A DNA stretch of 64,000 nucleotides from Eledone cirrhosa (taxonomy: Eukaryota): NCBI GenBank assembly GCA_964016885.1, contig OZ024743.1, positions 231,260,001-231,324,000 on the forward strand, in the 5' to 3' direction. The translations under genes and the position numbers were made by a program. Positions 55,615 through 64,000 of the stretch are shown in pieces. The stretch's first letter is position 1, and each line of letters starts with the position of its first letter. Under the pieces are notes generated by a model, which was given only the letters and a program-made list of their open reading frames with translations, searched no databases and had not been told where the DNA came from.

Positions 55615-56795
55615 AATGTACAAGGCCTGAAATTTGTGCGGTGCGGTAGGTCGATGATAACGACACTAGAACATGACAGGCACTTTATTTTATGAACTCG
55701 GGAAGGGTTAAAGACATGATTTGAGCTCAGAATTTAGATAAACAACAAATACAAGGCATGTTGACCGACGTTGTAGCGATTCTGCCAATAATAATTGTTT
55801 CTCCTTTTGTCCCAAGGCCAGTAATTATGGTACTTTATTTTATCGATCCCGTAAGGATGAAAGGCAAAGTTAACCCGGGCGGGAGTTGAACTCAGTCCGT
55901 AAAGGGACGTAGCTCTGTGCTGGAAAGCATCGCGTCCGACTCTCTACCGATACTGCCAATTTGATTTCTACTATAGGCACAAGGCCCATTTGGGGTGATG
56001 GGAAAGTCAATTAAATCGACACCAGTACATTACTGGCGCTTTATTTTATCAAAGTTAACCTCGGAAAAGCTAACCTGGTGTCTGGCGCTCTACGTTTATT
56101 GCCAACCAATCCCCTCCAATAATAATGATTTCTACTTTAGACACAAGGGCAGTCATTTATTGCGTGGTGAACATTGATTATATTGACACCAGTTCTTGAC
56201 TGGCACTTTATTTTCTTTATCTGGAAAGGATACAAGAAATCGTTTTTCTCGGCAGAAAAGTGGGAAATCGTAACTAAATACTGCAAAAAATTTGATTTGA
56301 CACTCTAAGAACTGGCATACGAAATATATAGTCTGGTATTGCCGCAAAATAGTTATCACCCCAATTGTATTAGAAACATTAGATATAGTGACTAGATATT
56401 TGAACAGTTGGTTGAATATTGTAGATATAGAGATGAATTTCCTGATTCTGCTGAATGGTTATACTTGGCACAGTAAGAAACATACAAAAGGTGACAGATA
56501 CTTAATGCTTCTGGATACAGCTTGGTAATTAGCAATGCAAATACCGTCAGAGGAACAAGGAAATGTCTAATAAAGAGAAAATAATGTTACAACAAATGGT
56601 GCCAGGCTAGCAAATTGAATGGGACAGTTAATTAAATTGAACCCATTTTATTACTGGTGCCATATTTTATCGACCCCGTAATGATGAAAAACAAAGTTAA
56701 CCTCGGCGGGATTTGAACTCAGAACGTAAACGGGCAAAATTCTATGCTGCAAAGGATGGTATCCGACGCTTTCCTGATAAAGTCAATACCCGCCA
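55615..56795 (-). mobile_element. Cluster of about five co-oriented SINE copies of differing divergence
   Basis: Copies near 55615-55790, 55793-55960, 55965-56110, 56125-56345 and 56600-56795. Confidence 0.7.
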
Positions 56796-57375
56796 CAATA
56801 CTAATAGTAATGTTTTGTTTTATAGTTCTGTGATATCATATATTGCGTATTCTTTTAACTATCTAAGCACCATTCAGTATACACCTGCTCTTCCATACTA
56901 CCTTTTTATTTGTTAGTAACTAGTACTTGGTACCTCTCCTTCCCTTCCAGTATCACCTATCCTCTGAGGATAACAACATCTAGCTTTCAAACATTTATAT
57001 ACCTCCTCAGCTATTAGTCCAGTCGGATTTGAACGCGAAAAAGAATGGCACATATATAAACCCGAGAAAGTTCTGGAATCGTTAGATTGTAAGTTTTCTT
57101 TTATTTCGAATGCAGACTGAATATCACACGCTAGGTATCTTAGTTGAAGATAAGTTTACGAAAAATGTTCTCTTAGTTCACCCACAATCTACTTTTGATT
57201 ACAGAATTGAGCAAAGGGAGCAGAAGTTGAACAATAATAACCGTTTGAAATTCATACATAGTTACATATTTCGTGTACGTAAATTGAATAAAGTTTAATT
57301 ATACAAGTTGTTTTTGGTTTATTTGGTGCAGGGGGAGAAGAGATTGAGACCAAAATTGGGATAGAGTGCCATTTG

Positions 57376-57467
57376 GAAGAAGAAGAAGAAGAAGAAGAAG
57401 AAGAAGAAGAAGAAGAAGAAGAAGAAGAAGAAGAAGAAGAAGAAGAAGAAGAAGAAGAAGAAGAAGA

Positions 57468-57509
<42 letters not shown>
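57376..57509 (+). repeat. (GAA)n(GCA)n microsatellite
   Basis: Read directly from the sequence. Confidence 0.97.
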
Positions 57510-57744
57510 TAAAATATTAATCATATTCCAGATTTCAATGACAAATATTTCAGCATTACTGGTCAATGTTGTCTCTGCGAGGGTGATTCCTCAATATTTA
57601 ATTATTAATCATTCTATGCATTTCGCTCATTGTCTCATATACACCTTGCAATGAGCGTCTGTCGTAGTTCCCTATCGCTTTTGATAGAATACACCCTTTT
57701 CATCAACTTCATATCTTTAATAACTGACACAACCAGCACACATG

Positions 57745-57981
57745 CCACCACCCATTACCATCAGCAAACTTCATCGTGATAACCATCATCATCTTTATCA
57801 GCACCGACAGCATTATTCTCATCATGATCATCATCATGTTGTTCATTGTTGATACGTCCCCCCCCCCCCCCTCCTCATCGTCGTCATCATCATCATCAAA
57901 ATCAATATCTTAATCACACCCACCGTCATTGATATCGCTATCATCAACATTAACATCGTTATTGCCCTGATCACAATTATT

Positions 57982-58046
<65 letters not shown>

Positions 58047-58150
58047 ACTCATCATCATCATCACCATCATCATGATGATCCACCTCATCATCATCACCAT
58101 CATCATCATCAACATGCGAGGTGGTCATAGGATCATCGATAGTTGATGAT
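57745..58150. repeat. Degenerate (CAT)n region with an internal (ATG)n/(ATC)n inversion
   Basis: Read directly; strand switch at ~58016. Confidence 0.9.
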
Positions 58151-58234
58151 GGGCACCCATATAAATATAAATAGCTTCAGAAAGGGAATTCATCTCATTG
58201 TCTCCTTTTTCTTTTCAACTGGTCTTATTAAGCT

Positions 58235-58337
58235 GTCCAGAATCGGTAGAGAGTTGGACACCATGCTTTGCAGCATAGAGTTACGGCCCTTTATGATCCG
58301 AGTTCAAATCCCGCCGAGGTTAACTTTGCCTTTCATA
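58235..58337 (+). mobile_element. SINE 5' fragment
   Basis: agaatcggtagag...gagttcaaatcccgccgaggttaactttgcctttcat. Confidence 0.75.
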
Positions 58338-58469
58338 CTTGTGTCTCAGTCGAGAAGTACGACCACTAGATAATTGCAGTTGGTGCATACATGTGTCCCA
58401 GTCGAGGACTACGATCATTCCTCATACCACTAGACAATTACAGTTAGTGTATCTATGTTGAGTTTCTTT

Positions 58470-58900
58470 CATTCTTTAGACATTTCCAGGACAAACATTC
58501 TTCTATCAGAAAGGTTGTATACATATTTACCTTGATATATGTGGAGAGATTGATGTACTAATCAAAACCAACTTGTCTATTGCTTATTTTCTTTTTTTAA
58601 AATTATTTCTTCAAAACTCAGAGAGAGTGAACTATTCTTTGCCATAATAATTCTGAAGTACTTCAAACAGTCATTGGTCTTTGTTATTTCTTCTCTACAA
58701 CAATGTGGTGGATTGGCATAATTTATATTCATCATTTCTGGCATTGAATAGTTTATAACAAGTTCAACATTGCTTTGCTCTCTTATTAAACTATTCAATA
58801 TTAATTGCATTTTTTCTCTTGTTCTTGTAATTATTAGCAGTTCGTCACTCCAGCTAAGGTCGCAAAAGCTATAAAGCAATTAAATAATTATAAAGCTTCG
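58470..58900 (-). mobile_element. Old LINE RT fragment
   Basis: DLSWSDELLII...MQLILNSL...LVINYS and FEVL/KY region resemble post-YADD RT motifs. Confidence 0.5.
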
Positions 58901-59247
58901 TGTGTGATGGAGTCGCAGTGAAGATGGTAATTTCTGGAAGAATCATAACACCAGCTGTGCGCACTCGAATATTTAATATTATTTGGAATGCAAGTACAAA
59001 ATCCTCACAGAATAGAAGGAAAATATTATAATTAAAACACTTAAAACGTCAGGCATGCGTAAGTGTGGGAATTGAAGAGGTTTTATTTTATGAACTATAA
59101 ACATAATGTTCCCCTCACAGTGAAATTTAAAACAGAATTACAGCGAGGGTAGGCAAGGTACTGAGAGATAAGGTAGCACATCACAGGCCGAGGCAGTAGA
59201 GGGTGAAAGCAGCGATACTTTCTTTGTTTAAACTTTAATCTATTTTA

Positions 59248-59316
<69 letters not shown>

Positions 59317-60097
59317 CATACATAAATTTGTATATATATATATATATGTGTGTGTGTGCATACATACATTTCCCAGTTCAATAGTTTGGAGTAATGTAAA
59401 ATAAAGTACATTTTCCAAGTTCACATGTGAGTTGAAAACGCTAACCACTATATATATACATGAATATATATATATATATACATACACAGATAGATATAGA
59501 TGTATATATATATATATCTACTCGCATGCAAGTGCCTCGCGAAAAAAAATCAAATAAATAGGTGAATTCTCGCATGCAGCAGTCGATATATACATAATTG
59601 TTTCTACTTTTGGTACAAGCGATATATACATAATGAATGGAAACCACAAACAGATACATGCTGTAGTTGGAAACCACAAACTGTAGAATGGAAACCACAA
59701 AGAGAAACATGCTGTAGTTGTTGTTGGAACTCCATCGGTTTCGCCGACCACAGGTCGCATTGTTCGAACAAAGGAATAAAAGAATAAGTTCAAGTGGCAG
59801 TATATACCATAGACATGTGCACACAACATAATGTTTAGGAAGATTCAGCGTGACGTATTGAGTGAAATAGCAGGCACTTTAAGTTGCAGGTTTAACTCAT
59901 ATTTCCCAGTTCAGTAGATTGGTGTAATGTAAAATGAAGGACATTTTCCAAGTTAACATGTGAGTTGAAAACGCTGAGAACTAAGTCAGGTGCGTTCCCA
60001 AGTACATCTTTAGACAAAGTACATGTTCATACACTCATAGACAAACATATACGCGCACATATATACACAAACATATAGGCACACAGGTGGGAACACA

Positions 60098-60143
<46 letters not shown>

Positions 60144-60148
<5 letters not shown>

Positions 60149-63038
60149 AGGATGAATATAAAATGAAAGTGCTTTTGTTAAAAAAGGAATTTATTAGGTA
60201 TTGACATATGTTTCTGTAACAGACCGAATACCTATGTATCGCTGCTTGCGTAATCATATAATGTTAGCAAGTATTCGATAGCAAATGTATAATCAGTTGT
60301 CACTTCTTCAGAGATTTTGGATAAACTGGATAAAATCAGAAAAATTGAAGTATTTATATTAGTAAAAGAGGAAGGAACAGAGGGGATAGAATATGACAGA
60401 TGGTAAAATAATTTACTGCTAAACAAGTATATAATGGGTTTTTAATGAGAATACCATGAGTAAATCTAAATAAGAATTTTGGGGGTGCCGATTTTAATCT
60501 CTACTTGACCAACTGGACAGTGGACAGGGCTGGTCATTTGGTGCAGTAGTATTAATCATAAAGTGTCAATTGGGGAAGGGGGAGATTTCGATTGCTACTA
60601 AATAACATCAATGCTAGTGGTCAGCTGGTATTTGCACTAGGGAATTGAATCAAAAAATCAGAAATCTCATTTTATCTATAGCAGTTTGTATTAAAAGGTA
60701 AATAATAGAAGAGTTGATAGAATTAAGACTAATAAAGAATGTTCATATCTATTTTGACAATCAAACGGGGATAGAGACAGGCGTTCAATCCTGGTAGTAT
60801 TTATAATATGAAAATGTAGATTTTAAGCGATGGTTACAGTATAACGATCGCTCTATTCTGTTATTTAATAAAATGTTTTTGGATTTCATAATACAAAATA
60901 ATTCTACATTACATAATCTACAAAATTCCTGTCCATTGGAATATGGGGGGGCAGTCGCTATTATATCCCATTTTAGGTGAAATTGTTGGTTATTTTCACG
61001 CAGCTGCCAAGCCTTGTCTGCGAGTGTTGTTACATAACGCTGGTTTTCATGTTTTATCGAATAACGATGTCTATAAAGGCGTGATTTAAAGGAGGTGGCT
61101 GTAGATCCCACATAGTACCACTTCTGTCTATCCGATTCGATAGTACATTTGTATACGATGTTGCGTTCAAGACACTGGTTGTTCAACGGACACATTCCTG
61201 GTTGGACACAGTTGCAATTACAATTTTGCGTTGTTGTATTGCCATGGATGGGTTGATGAGGTTGCTTATGTAGAACAGGATGTTGTTTGTTGTTTTGTGA
61301 TGTTATAGCTAATGTTTTACGTGTATTGTTATGTGTTGGAAGGCGTTTATACAACCGTTTTGCGTTAAGCATTTTTATATGTTGTTCAATATTAGGGGCG
61401 GTTGAATATGAAAGTCGGATGGTGTTAGGGTTTAAGATTTTATTATATTTATGTGATGTTGGAAAGTGTTTTCTAACTAATCGAAAGAATTTTGAGGGTA
61501 GATTGGTTTTAATAGATTTGTTATAGACCGGGTTGTACCAGATATACTCCTTACATCGCCTTCTGTTTGGTGGTGTGCGACTATTATTGTGTCTATTGCG
61601 GTAGTGTATGTATGGTGGTGATTCTGTGCTATTTCTACTCCTATGTGATTTGTTTTGGGTGTTGACTATATACTCTATATTATCTAGGTGACCGGCTTTC
61701 CTAAGTGCATCATCATAATACTCGGCATGTTCTTTGAAGGTTTGTTGGTTGGACGATAGGCGGGAGATTCTAAGAGAAACATTTCTAGGGATGGATTTAA
61801 TTATAGAGAGTGGATGGTTAGAACTCGTATTTACATATTTAAGGTTCTCATTTAGTTTATGGAACGGTTTAATCGTATCTGTATTGAGATTGAAAGTAAC
61901 ATCAAGGAACGCAACATCGTATACAAATGTACTATCGAATCGGATAGACAGAAGTGGTACTATGTGGGATCTACAGCCACCTCCTTTAAATCACGCCTTT
62001 ATAGACATCGTTATTCGATAAAACATGAAAACCAGCGTTATGTAACAACACTCGCAGACAAGGCTTGGCAGCTGCGTGAAAATAACCAACAATTTCACCT
62101 AAAATGGGATATAATAGCGACTGCCCCCCCTATATTCCAATGGACAGGAATTTTGTAGATTATGTAATGTAGAATTATTTTGTATTATGAAATCCAAAAA
62201 CATTTTATTAAATAACAGAATAGAGCGATCGTTATACTGTAACCATCGCTTAAAATCTACATTTTCATATTATAAATACTACCAGGATTGAACGCCTGTC
62301 TCTATCCCCGTTTGATTGTCAAAATAGATATGAACATTCTTTATTAGTCTTAATTCTATCAACTCTTCTATTATTTACCTTTTAATACAAACTGCTATAG
62401 ATAAAATGAGATTTCTGATTTTTTGATTCAATTCCCTAGTGCAAATACCAGCTGACCACTAGCATTGATGTTATTTAGTAGCAATCGAAATCTCCCCCTT
62501 CCCCAATTGACACTTTATGATTAATACTACTGCACCAAATGACCAGCCCTGTCCACTGTCCAGTTGGTCAAGTAGAGATTAAAATCGGCACCCCCAAAAT
62601 TCTTATTTAGATTTACTCATGGTATTCTCATTAAAAACCCATTATATACTTGTTTAGCAGTAAATTATTTTACCATCTGTCATATTCTATCCCCTCTGTT
62701 CCTTCCTCTTTTACTAATATAAATACTTCAATTTTTCTGATTTTATCCAGTTTATCCAAAATCTCTGAAGAAGTGACAACTGATTATACATTTGCTATCG
62801 AATACTTGCTAACATTATATGATTACGCAAGCAGCGATACATAGGTATTCGGTCTGTTACAGAAACATATGTCAATACCTAATAAATTCCTTTTTTAACA
62901 AAAGCACTTTCATTTTATATTCATCCTTTCTACATTTCTCCGGAATATAATTTATACTCGTTGAGCAAACCTGCACGTACGCTGTTCATCTCTAACGTAA
63001 CGATATATTATCACTACATTATCGATAACCTGAAATTT
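60144..63038 (-). mobile_element. Young 5'-truncated Penelope-like element (Naiad-like) with ~1-kb inverted duplication
   Basis: 60144-61167 is inverted almost perfectly at 61907-62932; extra tail 62933-63038; (TA)n on both sides. Confidence 0.93.
60785..61909 (-). CDS. PLE RT C-terminus, linker and GIY-YIG endonuclease (open frame, 5'-truncated)
   Basis: Manual translation is open from FLDVTFNL through SSNHP, IWYNP, CNCx5Cx5C and NIVYKC...YYVGST...RLYRH to the stop. Confidence 0.88.
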   Translation of the reverse strand, partial: FLDVTFNLNTDTIKPFHKLNENLKYVNTSSNHPLSIIKSIPRNVSLRISRLSSNQQTFKEHAEYYDDALRKAGHLDNIEYIVNTQNKSHRSRNSTESPPYIHYRNRHNNSRTPPNRRRCKEYIWYNPVYNKSIKTNLPSKFFRLVRKHFPTSHKYNKILNPNTIRLSYSTAPNIEQHIKMLNAKRLYKRLPTHNNTRKTLAITSQNNKQHPVLHKQPHQPIHGNTTTQNCNCNCVQPGMCPLNNQCLERNIVYKCTIESDRQKWYYVGSTATSFKSRLYRHRYSIKHENQRYVTTLADKAWQLRENNQQFHLKWDIIATAPPYSNGQEFCRLCNVELFCIMKSKNILLNNRIERSLYCNHRLKSTFSYYKYYQD

Positions 63039-63044
63039 TATATA

Positions 63045-63075
<31 letters not shown>

Positions 63076-63139
63076 GATGGCTGTAAACTCTGCTAAAAGT
63101 AATGCAATCGCTTGTCAAATTACAGATAATGGTGCACTT

Positions 63140-63558
63140 TTAGTTTAGGGGCAGCCACACGAATATGTAACATATTCTGAACAAGCAATGCCTGTGTTTG
63201 AAGATTTTTTTAAGGGGGGAAAAGCCTTGCACTCGACCAATCCCACTCTCTGGGCATCGTAAAACACTTTTAGAAAATGAGAACTGTTCAACATGATCGG
63301 ATGCTTCCAAAGCCACAGGTTTTTTTTTCCAGAGTTTCTCTCTCTTAGAAAACAATTGGCGAAAGAAAAGTACTATTTGGAAGGACGTTGACACTGTTGA
63401 GTTCCTCCGCCCTCTGCCGTATCTTGTATTTTATCCCGCAGGGTGTCCAAATATCACCCTCCTCACCAAGCAAGCTTGGTGAGGTTGCCGGTTTAGTCGC
63501 CTACCAACTGACCATGAGACACGTTGTACTGTGTAACATGTACTTCGTTACGCATAGT
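63140..63558 (-). mobile_element. Probable 5' UTR of an RTE-like LINE
   Basis: GC-richer structured leader (cctcaccaag-cttggtgagg hairpin, ggcgactaaac motif); no ORF retained. Confidence 0.4.
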
Positions 63559-63579
63559 TAAACAAACACACATACATAT

Positions 63580-63757
63580 AATTGTTTCTACTTTTGGCAC
63601 AAGGCCAGCAATTACCATTACATTGCTGGTACTTTATTTTATCGACCCCGTAAGGATGAAACGCAAAGTTAACCTCGGCAAGATTTGAACTCAGAATGGC
63701 AAAGGCCGTAACTCTGTGTCAAAGCATGGCGTCCGACCCTCTACCGACACTGCCAAG
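63580..63757 (-). mobile_element. tRNA-derived SINE
   Basis: Same family as 38908-39291 and 45539-45728. Confidence 0.85.
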
Positions 63758-64000
63758 CCATAAACATACACGTATATACACATATCTACAGAAACACGCA
63801 TTTACACATACATTAACACAGGAGCATGCTTACACATATATACGTTCACGAACATGGATACACAGACACATAGATGTAGAGTAAGATGCATACAAAGATT
63901 TCATGGCAGAAACACGCAATTCTATATCTAGATGTGTCACTCTGACTCAAACACTTTGAAATCTTAATTTTCGTCCCACTTAGAAATATATATCCATATT

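Noticed and set aside
57252-58128. Poly-E/S/L/A and poly-M/D/H ORFs
   Set aside because: Trinucleotide repeats open in several frames with no flanking domain or splice evidence.

Overview
AT-rich, microsatellite-saturated ((TA)n, (CA)n, (GA)n) eukaryotic non-coding DNA; the repeat landscape resembles a cephalopod (Octopus-like) genome, which is an inference. No host gene is recognisable and most listed ORFs are microsatellite artefacts. Contents: four Penelope-like retroelements (PLEs; RT plus GIY-YIG) with inverted terminal copies, a decayed Ty3/gypsy element with a tRNA-Trp PBS, LINE fragments, non-autonomous Helitrons and tRNA-derived SINEs. Most notable is a hammerhead-ribozyme (HHR) system: (i) a non-coding tandem array of ~510-nt units (19752-21985), each full unit carrying a type I HHR, i.e. 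a candidate retrozyme/circular-RNA locus; (ii) several distinct HHR variants in PLE termini, including a U3-A8 core variant; (iii) many short-arm/long-arm foldback mini-elements between (TA)n tracts that share the PLE insertion architecture. All folds were read by eye, and element boundaries are approximate.
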